Part shown: positions 40,394 through 50,543 of the stretch, one piece after another
How the letters are laid out: each line of letters opens with the position of its first letter
How positions within the stretch are numbered: the first letter of the stretch is position 1
From: an uncultured Acidobacteriota bacterium
GTDB taxonomy: Bacteria; Acidobacteriota; Terriglobia; Acidiferrales; UBA7541
Direction of reading: 5' to 3'
Length of the DNA stretch: 64,000 bases
NCBI GenBank assembly: GCA_963782135.1
Contig: CAWAIG010000002.1
Coordinates: 456,756 to 520,755, forward strand
Made by a program: the position numbers and the translations under genes
Notes under the pieces: model-generated
What the model was told of the DNA's origin: nothing
The model's input: the letters and a program-made list of their open reading frames with translations, nothing else
Database searches by the model: none

Positions 40394-42226
40394 CTAAGGC
40401 GCCTTGGCACTCTGCAAATCTTGATAGAACTTCTGCAATACAAAGAAAGCTTTCTTTTTCTCACCACGATCGGAAACCAGTCCTTTGCGATTAAAGTAGT
40501 CCTCGATGCCGGGAAGCGTTCTCCGCGGGCTCCGAAAATCTTTCAGAATCCACGGTGACGTCCCGCTAAGAAAGGGTATGCGCTTCAGCATGGCGACCTG
40601 ATGCTGGTAAAGGCTTTCTTGATACTCCTCCGTCCACCGCGCTTGGGCGTCACCGTGGTCGCCAAAAAGCGCGTCGGCCCCGAATTCGCTCAGAATCATG
40701 GGCTTATCGTATTTCGAGGACCAATCCGCAATGTCGAGATCGGCAATCGAGTGGGCGTACCAGCCGATATACTCGTTGCCGCCCATCACGTCGAGTTCGT
40801 TTGCAATCGGATCGTTGATGCGAATCGAGAGGCGGCTTCCGTCCTGTACTTCGTCTTGCTGAAGAGCCGCGGAAACGAGACGTGTGGGATCAGCGGAATG
40901 AGCCAGTTGAACGAGCTGAAGCAGAAATCGATTGCGCGCCTCGCTGATGGGCGTTTCGTTGGCCACGGAATAGATGATAAGAGCTGCGCGGTTGCGATCC
41001 CGGGTAATCAGCTCGTTGAGTTGATTTTCCGCGTTGCGCAGCGTACTGGGATTCTCCCACTGAATCGTCCAGTAGACGGGCACCTCTTCCCACACCAGGA
41101 TTCCCATTTGATCGGCCATGCGCAACATGGCTTCGTTGTGAGGATAATGCGCCAAGCGGACGAAGTTGCATCCCAGTTCCTTTGTCCAGCCTAGAAGTGT
41201 GCGGGCATCGTCGTTGCTCCAAGCCCGGCCGGAACGCGTAGGAGCTTCCTCGTGGATACTGATCCCGCGCAAGAAAAGCGGTTTCCCGTTGAGATAGATT
41301 TCGGTGCCTCGAACAGCGATCGAGCGGAATCCTATATGTTCAATGACGTGGTCGGTGTCCGTTGAGATTTCAACGGTATAGAGCTTGGGATTCTCGGGAG
41401 ACCAAAGCGTGAGTTCAGCGCGGATGGAAAACTCCACTCGACCCCCGGCGTCCGCTTGGAACGTCTTGCTCAGTCCGGCTTCCGGAATGCGCAGAGTGAC
41501 AGTCTGGCGCAGTTGCGGGCCATTCAGTTGGAGCCAGCCCTTAATTTGGTTTGTCGAGTCCTTCTCAAGCTGAACGGAGTAGTCTTGAATGAAAGTCTCA
41601 GGCACCTCCACCAACGTGACTGGCCGTGTGATTCCGCCGTAGTTCCACCAATCCGTGTTCACCGTTGGAACTTGGTCCTTGCCGCGGGTGTTGTTGACCC
41701 TGAGAATGAGAAAATTTCCAGTGGGGCGGACGCGGTCCGTAACTTCGAAATCAAAGGGCGTGAATCCGCCTTCGTGGTGCCCCAGCTCCTCACCATTTAA
41801 GTACACGGACGCCATGTAATTGGCGGCGCCAAAATGGAGAAACGTCCTCTTTTTCGCCGATTTTACGAAGTCGAAGTTCCGCTTGTACCAAACACTTCCT
41901 TCGTAGAACAGCAGAGATTCACGCTGAGAGTTCCAATCGCCCGGCACATTCAGATTTCCTGAGGTGTTGAAATCATATTCGACGAGCTCTGACTTGGACT
42001 GCGGCTTGTAGTTCTTGTAGAAGGCATTGTTATTCTTTAAGGGCTGCGCACGATAATCGAGCGACCCCACGTCGTATGGATCGACGATCGCTTGCCATTG
42101 GCCGTCCAAGCTGGTCGTCTGGCGCGCATGAATATTCGCGATTAGCGGTGCAACTTGTGCCGTACTTCGAACCGACAGCAAAGCCGTACCAAGAGCGATT
42201 AGCAAAAAGCGCGTTGAATTGGTCAT
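40394..42226 (-). CDS. GH2 beta-glucuronidase-like glycoside hydrolase
   Basis: NYGGITRPV, RLAHYPH, SVANE, SEFGA, NRKGLV; signal peptide. Confidence 0.9.
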   Translation of the reverse strand: MTNSTRFLLIALGTALLSVRSTAQVAPLIANIHARQTTSLDGQWQAIVDPYDVGSLDYRAQPLKNNNAFYKNYKPQSKSELVEYDFNTSGNLNVPGDWNSQRESLLFYEGSVWYKRNFDFVKSAKKRTFLHFGAANYMASVYLNGEELGHHEGGFTPFDFEVTDRVRPTGNFLILRVNNTRGKDQVPTVNTDWWNYGGITRPVTLVEVPETFIQDYSVQLEKDSTNQIKGWLQLNGPQLRQTVTLRIPEAGLSKTFQADAGGRVEFSIRAELTLWSPENPKLYTVEISTDTDHVIEHIGFRSIAVRGTEIYLNGKPLFLRGISIHEEAPTRSGRAWSNDDARTLLGWTKELGCNFVRLAHYPHNEAMLRMADQMGILVWEEVPVYWTIQWENPSTLRNAENQLNELITRDRNRAALIIYSVANETPISEARNRFLLQLVQLAHSADPTRLVSAALQQDEVQDGSRLSIRINDPIANELDVMGGNEYIGWYAHSIADLDIADWSSKYDKPMILSEFGADALFGDHGDAQARWTEEYQESLYQHQVAMLKRIPFLSGTSPWILKDFRSPRRTLPGIEDYFNRKGLVSDRGEKKKAFFVLQKFYQDLQSAKAP

Positions 42227-42305
42227 TAGAGGGATTCAGTCGGCAAAATTCAAGGCTTCCGGAACCGGATTAGGAATTCGCAATCCAGCCCGGAAGCCAA
42301 AAGAT

Positions 42306-45300
42306 TCAGAAAGTGAATTTCGCGCCCAACTGCAGCTGCCTCGGCGGCTGCGCGGCGCTGATCGTGCCAAAACTGCTGGAGGTAACGGTGGTCGACGGGT
42401 TTTGAAAGTTCACGTGATTGAAGGCATTAAAAGCATCCACCTGAAACAGCAGACTCATGCCCTCTCGTGGCAAGCGGAAGCTCTTTCGCAGCGAGAGATC
42501 CCAATCGTAATATCCCGGGCCAATGATATTTCCGACGGGAGCGTCGCCAATGCCCGTGGTCATGCCTGTAGATGTGAAGGCGGAAGTGTTGAAATAGCAG
42601 ATCTTTGTGCCGGCTCCGGCTCCAGGCGCGCAGCTGCTCAGGCCCCTTACCACGCCCATGTGGAGCGGTTGTCCAGCGACGATATTGGCGCGATCGGTGA
42701 AATTCTCCCCGGTCAGGTTTCCGTCCGTGGTAGACCCGTTGACAGTAAGCGGCGAACCGGACTGCGCTCGAGTGATGCCGCTCACTTGCCAGCCTTTCAG
42801 GAGACCACCGGCGACGCCGGTCATGTTTTTGAAGAAGGGTTCGTCGAGTGTAAAAGCAGCGACAAAAATATTTCTGAGGTCCCAAGGTAGAGAGCCGTAG
42901 TAATAGTGTTTCCACGCAATCGTTTGGCCCGCCGAATTCACGCACGAAAAAGCGCATTCTGGTTCCGGGTTGTCGCCCAAATTGCTGTCGGTACCCAAAG
43001 TTTTCGAGTACGTATAGCTCGCCTGGAGCGTGAGAAAGCCGCTTCTCTTGAGGGCGGAGAGCTGAAGAGAGTTGTAGTTGGAGTCTGCGTCGCTGTTGTA
43101 CTGGGATATGTCCGTAAATCCAAGATACGGACGCACCTGGTTAATTGTCGTCCCGGCCGGAGCGGCCAGGGCGGTTGCAAACGTCGGCACGTTGATGTTG
43201 GGTTCGCGCAACTCGTGCCAACCATGGTCTCCCACATATTGAGCTTGAATGAGCAGGCCCCACGGCAACTCGCGCTGAATGCTGAGGCTGTATTGCATGT
43301 CGCGCGCAACCACCAGTTTTGGATTGACGGCGCTTACGCCAAACACAGTCGGAGCCGCCCCAGACGCGGGCAGGGCAGCTATGTTACCGGAGAGGAAGTT
43401 CACCTGCTGCAAGAAAGGCACGAGTCCTGTCTGGCTGAAAACGAGATTACCCTCGGGTTTATCGTAGTAGATGCCGAAGCCGCCGCGGATGACCGTCTTC
43501 TGACCAAATGGTGCGTAGGCAAACCCGATACGCGGAGCTGGCACGTACTCGGGCTGGAAAAAGCCGCGCTGACCGGATACGGGCACCCCGAGCACGAAAG
43601 GAGACTGGCCGTTCGGCACACGGATGGCCTGATTGGTCGGCACGCCGCCTGGCCGCACCAAGCCGGTTACCACATATCCGCCCCCAGCCGCCCCTGGGTT
43701 GCACGGGCCCGGGGTAGCGGACGTTGGAGGACAATCGAAGACGTTTCCATCACTGGCAGGAGCAGTGGGTATATTGCCGCTGCTGATCTTCAAGCCAAGG
43801 ATAGGAGTGTAGAGGCTCGGGTTAAAGTTCACCATGTTGTTTGCTTGGGTGTACGTCGGAACCGTGTACGCGACGCGAACGCCGAGTTCGATACTCAGCT
43901 TCCGAGTCACCTTCCAAGTATCGTCCACGTATCCCTCGTAGTCGTTGAACCGAAAATGGCCAACGGGGTCGGCGGAAAACTGAGAGAGACTGTTGTAATT
44001 TCCAAGCAAGGCGTCAGCAAACTGGTCTCCAGTGGTGTTCGGGCTGGCGGAGCTAAAATTCAGCAGGCCCTGCGTCGAATTGGTACGAGAGTTCTGATCC
44101 TTGCGGTTTCTTGCGTAGAGAAATCCAAACCTAATCGTATGACTTCTCTTTTGCCAGGTAACGTTGTCGGACGGTGAGATATCGACGGTGGGGGCAAGCA
44201 GAAACTCGTAGGGACCCAAAAACTCGGCGGGACACGCCGTGGTTGGACACTTTCCCGAAAACGTCCCAGAGGGGATTCCAGTAGGGTACGGGCCTACGCC
44301 GGGGAACGGCTCAACGTAGTTCGAGCTGCTGAAACCGTAGGTGGCTTGCTGCCACAATTTGCCCGTGACCGGAATGCGCTGCTTGTTCCAAGACACATTG
44401 AACTTTGCTTCGTTGACCAGGGAAGAAGTGGCTGTCCATACATCGGCGACCTGGAAGCTGTACCCGGGCCGATTGCGGAGCTGTGGCGACGTGGGAAGTG
44501 CGCCACCCGGAGAGAAGGGACCAAAGGGGTCAATCAAAAGGAGGTGGTCATGTATGGATCGGAAGTAATCCAGATGGTTCGCATTCGGGTGATAGTCGAT
44601 GCGGACCAAGTCCTCTTCCCAATTCTGCGGGGTGACGGGCGCGAAGGTGGCATTGTTCGCCGTGGCCGCATTCGTGAAAGTAGAAGCCGACTCCGGGCTC
44701 GCTCCTGGTGTCTCCAACAGGCTGTAGATATTGGCAATAGATTTGCCGCCGCTGGATATACAAGACGGGCTGAGGGCCGTGCCTGAACCGGTGGCACTCA
44801 CCACGAAATCGGCTGGATTGACATCCGTCGCCCCGCCAGAATAGCTCCCGATGCAGGTGGCCGGAACAGTGCCCTTGGCTCCGAGTGTCACCCCGGCGTC
44901 CGCAAAATTTCCGACGAGCTCGGGAGAAGTGGGCAAGGTCAAACTCTTCGCGGGGCCGTCCCCGGGCAAGACCAGCCTCTTGGCCTCGATTCCAAAGAAG
45001 AAAAACAGCCTGCCATTAATGATCGGGCCTCCAACGTCGCCGCCAAAGTCGTTGAAGCGAAGTTCCTGCTTTTTGGCGAGAGCAGGCGAGGAATCAAAGT
45101 AGTTGTTGCGAAGAAATTCAAATAGACCGCCGTGAAAATGGTCCCCTCCGCTCCTGGTCACCACGTTGACCGAAGCCCCGGCGCTTCTTCCGTACTCAGC
45201 GGAGTAATTCGAGGTTTCTATGTTTACCTGTTGGATGAAATCGATGCCGACATTGTTGAGCTGTGTGCCGTTTGAGCCCGAATCCAAATTGTACCCTCCA

Positions 45301-45965
45301 TCCACGGTCATCAGGTTCCCGTCCGTCCGTTGACCGTTGATGTTCGCGGGTGCGATACCCTGCCCGGTAGTGAAGCTGGTCTGGTCGAACGCAGTAAGAG
45401 CAGCACCGGGAACGAGCGTAATTAGTTCGATGTAATTTCTCTCATTGAGTGCTGCGTTGACGACTTCCTTGCCTTCCACCGTGCGTGATATCTCTCCGGA
45501 AACCGTATTCACCGCAACAGCCTGGCCGACTACCTCAACCGTTTCCGTTACTGCGCCAACTTCGAGGCGCAGATCCACAGTTAGATGCCCTCCAGCTTCC
45601 AACACGTCTCCAGTCTCTTTGGTAGTCTTGAAACCTTGCTTCTCGGCAGACACGGTATAAGTGCCAACGGGCAGATCATCTGCTACGTAGTAGCCACTGT
45701 TGTCGGCTGTCACGACGCGAGCTACACGCGTCGCTTCGTTGGTTATTGTGACCTTTGCGTTTGCCACAGAAGCGCCGGACGAGTCGGTGACAGTCCCGCC
45801 GATTCGGCCGAAGATATCCTGCCCGGCAGCGATTTCCACCGAGCCTGCAAACAGCACCACAGCTGCACACAGAACTACCCTTACTCGATACGCCAGGAGT
45901 CGAAACCGCCTCAGAGTTCTGCAAATTGTTTGAACGGAATAATTCTTCCATTTGTTCAGGATCAT
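42306..45965 (-). CDS. TonB-dependent receptor with N-terminal carboxypeptidase-regulatory-like domain
   Basis: GTVTDSSGASV, SNYSAEYGR, FEFLRN, PRIGFAY, C-terminal PRQLQLGAKFTF; GAGGAG RBS. Confidence 0.9.
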   Translation of the reverse strand: MILNKWKNYSVQTICRTLRRFRLLAYRVRVVLCAAVVLFAGSVEIAAGQDIFGRIGGTVTDSSGASVANAKVTITNEATRVARVVTADNSGYYVADDLPVGTYTVSAEKQGFKTTKETGDVLEAGGHLTVDLRLEVGAVTETVEVVGQAVAVNTVSGEISRTVEGKEVVNAALNERNYIELITLVPGAALTAFDQTSFTTGQGIAPANINGQRTDGNLMTVDGGYNLDSGSNGTQLNNVGIDFIQQVNIETSNYSAEYGRSAGASVNVVTRSGGDHFHGGLFEFLRNNYFDSSPALAKKQELRFNDFGGDVGGPIINGRLFFFFGIEAKRLVLPGDGPAKSLTLPTSPELVGNFADAGVTLGAKGTVPATCIGSYSGGATDVNPADFVVSATGSGTALSPSCISSGGKSIANIYSLLETPGASPESASTFTNAATANNATFAPVTPQNWEEDLVRIDYHPNANHLDYFRSIHDHLLLIDPFGPFSPGGALPTSPQLRNRPGYSFQVADVWTATSSLVNEAKFNVSWNKQRIPVTGKLWQQATYGFSSSNYVEPFPGVGPYPTGIPSGTFSGKCPTTACPAEFLGPYEFLLAPTVDISPSDNVTWQKRSHTIRFGFLYARNRKDQNSRTNSTQGLLNFSSASPNTTGDQFADALLGNYNSLSQFSADPVGHFRFNDYEGYVDDTWKVTRKLSIELGVRVAYTVPTYTQANNMVNFNPSLYTPILGLKISSGNIPTAPASDGNVFDCPPTSATPGPCNPGAAGGGYVVTGLVRPGGVPTNQAIRVPNGQSPFVLGVPVSGQRGFFQPEYVPAPRIGFAYAPFGQKTVIRGGFGIYYDKPEGNLVFSQTGLVPFLQQVNFLSGNIAALPASGAAPTVFGVSAVNPKLVVARDMQYSLSIQRELPWGLLIQAQYVGDHGWHELREPNINVPTFATALAAPAGTTINQVRPYLGFTDISQYNSDADSNYNSLQLSALKRSGFLTLQASYTYSKTLGTDSNLGDNPEPECAFSCVNSAGQTIAWKHYYYGSLPWDLRNIFVAAFTLDEPFFKNMTGVAGGLLKGWQVSGITRAQSGSPLTVNGSTTDGNLTGENFTDRANIVAGQPLHMGVVRGLSSCAPGAGAGTKICYFNTSAFTSTGMTTGIGDAPVGNIIGPGYYDWDLSLRKSFRLPREGMSLLFQVDAFNAFNHVNFQNPSTTVTSSSFGTISAAQPPRQLQLGAKFTF

Positions 45966-46377
45966 TGTCGTTCTCCTCGGAATGCGCAATTCCCTCTGTT
46001 CCAAATGCCGCCCTCGGCTTGGCGGCATTCCGCACCGATCAAAAGAATGCACCTGATAAATGAAATGAATCTAAAGAATCGATGCCTGAGTAATGCAACG
46101 CCGCGTGCCCCGTTGCAAGTTAGCTCACGGTGAATTCACCGTGAATTCACTGTTAGTCTCATCGGCCCCGCCCTCGCCGGCGACCCTCGCTCCCCGCCTT
46201 CCCGCTAGAAACTCCTGAATTGCGTCCCGCCAAACCCTTTCTGTTCGCGTTTCCTCTCTAACTCCATCAGGATTAACGTCTTCTGAACGGCGTCCCTTTA
46301 CCGGAAATTGCGGTATACTCTCCCCAAAGACGGCATATTGTGAAACGCGGCGGCTGTTTTCCCAGGGGGAAGGCCTT

Positions 46378-47982
46378 TTGCAATCATCCATCAGCAGGTT
46401 TGAGGCGGAACGCGCCGAACTTGAAGCCATTCTGAACTCTGGAATGTTCGGTCGAGCGAACAATCTCGTTCGGCTTCTGACCTATGTTTGCGAAAAGCAC
46501 TTCGAAGGAGCGACGGCCGACATCAAGGAATACAACATTGCTGTTCAGGCCCTCGGCCGCCCTCACGATTTTGATCCCCAGGTAGACACCATTGTCCGTG
46601 TCACCGCGCACGCGCTGCGAAAACGCCTTGATGACTACTATCGAAGCGCCGGGGGAGAACACGCGGTTCATATTTGTTTACCGCCGGGCGGGTATGTGCC
46701 CAAGTTCACCCACAAGGGCGACGGGGAATGCGAACATCCTCCATCACCAAAAATGGATGCTGGTCAGACAATAGCGCCCTCGAATGGTGGTCATCACCAG
46801 GAGGACGGCTTACAGGAGCTTCGGCCAGATCATCAGGAACTGCCACCTCCATTTTCCTCGCCGGATGACGGAACTGGAAAAACGGCCGCCTCTGCTCGCG
46901 CGAAATCCGGCAAATCGCGCATCCGAGTTTTAGGTACCGTCACAATTCTGGCGCTTGCAACCTGCGCTCTTCTCGTATTTGCATGGCGTTGGTGGAGCCG
47001 CTCCGCCAGCGACAGGGACCTTGGCCGTACCCGGGCTGCCGCTGCGCCGGTGAATCCTACCGGAAGCATTGTTCGCGCACTGGTGGGAAATAGTTCGAGC
47101 TCCTACATTGATCGCGCAGGTTCGACCTGGGGGAGCGATCGATTCTGCTCTGGCGGCGACAAATTCTCCATACCCGGCCACGTGATCCAAGGTACGGAAG
47201 ACCCGGAGCTCTTTTCGGCGGGACGGCGCGGCGTCTTTCAGTGCAACTATCCAGTGCCACCGGGTACCTACGAAGTTCATCTATTGTTCGCCGAAACGTC
47301 GGGCTTCCAGGAGGGCAGCCGCAACGGACAATTCTCCATCAATGGCGGACCAACCATCAGCTTCGACGTAGCCGATGACGCCGCCGGCGATGATGTTGCG
47401 ACGACGAAAGTGTTTACCGATGTGTCGCCCGGGGCGGACGGGATGATTCACGTGAACTTCATCACGCCGGAATCGTTCCTCAATGCGGCTGAGATTTTGC
47501 CCGGCACTCCCCACCGCATGCTTCCTGTGAGGATTGTCGTCGGGCATTCTTCTTATCACGATTCGAACGGCAACGATTGGACGCGGGATCGCTACTTCTT
47601 CGGAGGCCGCCTCAGCAGTTTCGCGGGCGATTTGACCAATGTCCCGGATAGCCGTCTTTACGAATGGCATCGCTTTGGGCACATTCATTACATCATTCCG
47701 GTCGCAACTGGAGAAAAGTACACTCTCCGACTTTACTTCCTGGAACGGTGGTTCGGTCTTCGAAATGGCGGGTTTGGTGGCGTGGGCAGCCGGGTCTTTG
47801 ACATATCGTGCAATGGATCGATGCTTCTGAAGAATTTTGATATCTTCCGCGAGGCCGCCAACGGGCCGCTGGTCAAATCATTTTCCCATATTGATCCCAC
47901 GGCACAGGGCAAGATCGAACTCTACTTTATTCCCGGAGTGAACTACCCCTCCATCAGTGCTATAGAAATTATTCCGGAATAA
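46378..47982 (+). CDS. Membrane-spanning protein: wHTH-like N-terminus + TM + two malectin-like domains
   Basis: KEYNIAVQALGR...VRVTAHALRKRL...GYVPKF; TM; WGSDRF/YEVHLLFAE and DRYFFGG/LRLYFLE/RVFDI/ISAIEI. Confidence 0.8.
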   Translation: MQSSISRFEAERAELEAILNSGMFGRANNLVRLLTYVCEKHFEGATADIKEYNIAVQALGRPHDFDPQVDTIVRVTAHALRKRLDDYYRSAGGEHAVHICLPPGGYVPKFTHKGDGECEHPPSPKMDAGQTIAPSNGGHHQEDGLQELRPDHQELPPPFSSPDDGTGKTAASARAKSGKSRIRVLGTVTILALATCALLVFAWRWWSRSASDRDLGRTRAAAAPVNPTGSIVRALVGNSSSSYIDRAGSTWGSDRFCSGGDKFSIPGHVIQGTEDPELFSAGRRGVFQCNYPVPPGTYEVHLLFAETSGFQEGSRNGQFSINGGPTISFDVADDAAGDDVATTKVFTDVSPGADGMIHVNFITPESFLNAAEILPGTPHRMLPVRIVVGHSSYHDSNGNDWTRDRYFFGGRLSSFAGDLTNVPDSRLYEWHRFGHIHYIIPVATGEKYTLRLYFLERWFGLRNGGFGGVGSRVFDISCNGSMLLKNFDIFREAANGPLVKSFSHIDPTAQGKIELYFIPGVNYPSISAIEIIPE

Positions 47983-48496
47983 TGAGTCTCCCGAACGGCT
48001 TCATTTGCGGCTCACTCATTTGCAACCGGTTCTCTAATCTCAAACCTATTGGAACTTCTCGAGATTCAATCTGAGATCTCGAGGACTTGTTCTTGAGTGT
48101 TGAAATAAGAGGGATCGTGATCTACCGAATTGAATACAGGCGCCTGTGGTTCACCGAGATCATCCGAATAGTCGTCTGAATCTACGGTCACAGTAAGCCG
48201 GAACCAAAAAGCAAAACTCCTGGTTTTGCACCAGATGGTCAATCAAAAAGTGTGTCTTCATGGCGTGATTGGCGCGTTCGGCTACGTTCGGTGGATGGAT
48301 GAATGAAACCGGCCGCCGCTGACATACGGGACATCCCGTGATCAGATTGCTATCGATTTGAACGAGTGCTTGACGTTGGCCATCTCACAACTTCCTTTGG
48401 TTCCTAGCCTATCAAACGGTTGCAAGTCCAAAAGCAAACCCGAGGTAAGGCAGGTCGCCTGCGGTTCGACGTCATCACCGTATTTCTTTTGTAAAA

Positions 48497-48542
48497 TGGC
48501 GCGCCCGGGGGAACTCGAACTCCCGACCTTCTGGTTCGTAGC
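48497..48542 (-). repeat. att site: duplicated 3' half of tRNA-Arg
   Basis: 45/46 identity to 63923-63968; the match ends just past the anticodon loop. Confidence 0.93.
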
Positions 48543-48626
48543 TAGATTCTAAATTGCTATCTCGTTGATTTGTCTTGGCTCTGCGTAACCCATGTACCCC
48601 GGTTTTAGCTGGTTCTCGGTGCTTAT

Positions 48627-48645
48627 TGGACCCATTTTGGACCCA
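48627..48645 (+). promoter_or_regulatory. Tandem TGGACCCA repeats, putative integrase arm-type sites
   Basis: TGGACCCA at 48627 and 48638; same pair at 63846 and 63856. Confidence 0.6.
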
Positions 48646-48831
48646 ACTCAAGCTTTGCCGAAGAACGCTCGCCTCGCGTGGCAAGATGGCTGACTTAGGA
48701 GGCATCGTGAAAAAAACGCTACCACGAACATTACGCAAAAAATCAGTATCGTACAGGATTACCTGAATCGAGGCAACTCACACGGAAGGTCACTTGCCTC
48801 ACTTCTTGAGAAATATCTACAGCATCTGGCT

Positions 48832-49785
48832 GTGAAGGGTTTCAGCGAGAGCACGCTAAGGGTTCGTCGCGTGCACATGGAAATGTTTCTGAAGTGGTGT
48901 CGAAGAATTCGAGCCACGTCACCGACCCAGATCACGCGGACATCTCTCGAAAGTTATCAGCGATATCTGTTCCAGTACCGAAAGAAAGACGGCCAGCCGT
49001 TGGCAGTCGCCAGCCAACACTCCAGGCTCGCACCGCTGAAGGTGTGGTTCAAGTGGTTGGCCCATCGAAAGTATATTCCGCACGACCCGACCGCTGAATT
49101 GGAACTCCCGCGCGTGGGTTACAAGCTTCCGAACGTGATGAACAGAGACGAAGCTGAACGCGTTCTGAGTCAGCCCAAAATAGAAGTCCCGTTGGGCATC
49201 CGGGATCGGGCCATGCTCGAGATGCTTTATTCCAGCGGATTGCGCCGCATGGAGCTTTTACGCTTGAAGCTGTACGACGTGGATCAAAAACACGGCCTGA
49301 TAACCGTACGAGAAGGAAAAGGCAAGAGAGACCGGGTGGTTCCGATCGGTGAACGTGCTTTGGCCTGGCTGGACATGTACCTGAATACCCTAAGACCTGA
49401 ACTCGTGAGGCAGCCAGACGATGGCATCGTATTTCTCACTTCGAATGGCGTCCCATTCACGCCCAACCACCTGAGCTGGCTTGCTCGCCAATACGTGAAA
49501 TCTGCTGGAATCGGTAAGGGCGGGGCGTGCCACATCTTCCGCCACACCATGGCGACGTTAATGCTAGAAGGCGGCGCGGACATTCGCTACATCCAAGCCA
49601 TGCTGGGCCATGTGCGACTCGACACCACGCAAATCTACACTCACGTTTCGATTCGCACGCTGAAACAAGTCCACACAACGACTCACCCAGGCGCACGTCT
49701 GCAACCGGAGACCGCCGAGAGTGGAAAGCAGGAGTTGACCTCCGTACAACCCGCGGAAGTTGCCGATTTGCCGGAATTGAAGTGA
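48832..49785 (+). CDS. XerC/D-like tyrosine recombinase (true start probably upstream, ~48707)
   Basis: RDRAMLEMLYSSGLRRME, GKGKRDR, HIFRH, LGH, TTQIY: full R-K-HxxR-H-Y set. Confidence 0.92.
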   Translation: MKGFSESTLRVRRVHMEMFLKWCRRIRATSPTQITRTSLESYQRYLFQYRKKDGQPLAVASQHSRLAPLKVWFKWLAHRKYIPHDPTAELELPRVGYKLPNVMNRDEAERVLSQPKIEVPLGIRDRAMLEMLYSSGLRRMELLRLKLYDVDQKHGLITVREGKGKRDRVVPIGERALAWLDMYLNTLRPELVRQPDDGIVFLTSNGVPFTPNHLSWLARQYVKSAGIGKGGACHIFRHTMATLMLEGGADIRYIQAMLGHVRLDTTQIYTHVSIRTLKQVHTTTHPGARLQPETAESGKQELTSVQPAEVADLPELK

Positions 49786-49868
49786 GTTTCCATTAGACAG
49801 AGCAGAATGGACACATTACTCCTGATAGTATTGTACGAGTCGGTCATCCAAAAAGTAGAATTTAGGGG

Positions 49869-50543
49869 ATGAGTTCAACCAACCAGCAAGCATCAGGAGG
49901 AGAGGCCTGCCAATCCTCATGCTCAGTGGTCTGGTCGGTGGAACGGGCGCCAGAATATCCACAGGCATCGTACTATCGCGCCAGATACTACGACCCGACC
50001 GCCGGACGTTTCTTGAGAGAGGACCCCATCCGGTGGCAGGGAGGGGTGAACTTTTACGCATACGTGGGTAACAACCCTGCCTTGTGGATTGATCCCTACG
50101 GGCTAGCACCCCTGTCGTACGATCAAATTATGAAGCTTGTGGCTGCAAATAATAGGTCGCTTCAAAGTGATGAGCTCATCCTTTGCGTCATTTTCAAGGA
50201 GAGCTCCTTTGACCCCGCCGGAGCTAATTCCGGTTCTAGCGCTGTGGGGCTGATGGGGGTAGAGAAGGGCGCGGCGCAGGATCTTAATATCCCTTACAAC
50301 ACGCTCTCAGATCCGGCCAAGAACATCGCTGCTGGAAGCCAGTATTTGCACCGGCGGATTGACTGGAAACCTCCATTTGGTGCTGGCGGCGACGTTCGCA
50401 TCGGTCTTGCGAATTATGGAACAGGCGAGCCTTATGCTGATTCCATATTGAAATGTGAGAAGTGCCTCAAAGATGAGGCTCAAAAAGATGTGGCCTGTAA
50501 GACGAAAGATTGTTTAGAACCCCTACATCCCAAGAAGAAATGA
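49869..50543 (+). CDS. Orphan Rhs C-terminal cassette 1: lytic transglycosylase (SLT)-like toxin
   Basis: YYRARYYDP...EDPI...NFYAYV...DPYGL then KESSFDP, GLMGV, DPAKNIAAGSQYL; Rhs homology starts ~49971. Confidence 0.8.
   Translation: MSSTNQQASGGEACQSSCSVVWSVERAPEYPQASYYRARYYDPTAGRFLREDPIRWQGGVNFYAYVGNNPALWIDPYGLAPLSYDQIMKLVAANNRSLQSDELILCVIFKESSFDPAGANSGSSAVGLMGVEKGAAQDLNIPYNTLSDPAKNIAAGSQYLHRRIDWKPPFGAGGDVRIGLANYGTGEPYADSILKCEKCLKDEAQKDVACKTKDCLEPLHPKKK

Noticed and set aside
42906-44177. 423-aa + strand ORF
   Set aside because: Antisense to the TonB-dependent receptor.
48497-48560. Second tRNA-Arg gene
   Set aside because: Only the 3' 46 nt are present; the D-arm and 5' acceptor strand are missing, so it is an att duplication.
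49880-49930. Minus-strand PLLLMLAGWLN resembling an rve-type transposase N-terminus
   Set aside because: Too short to support.
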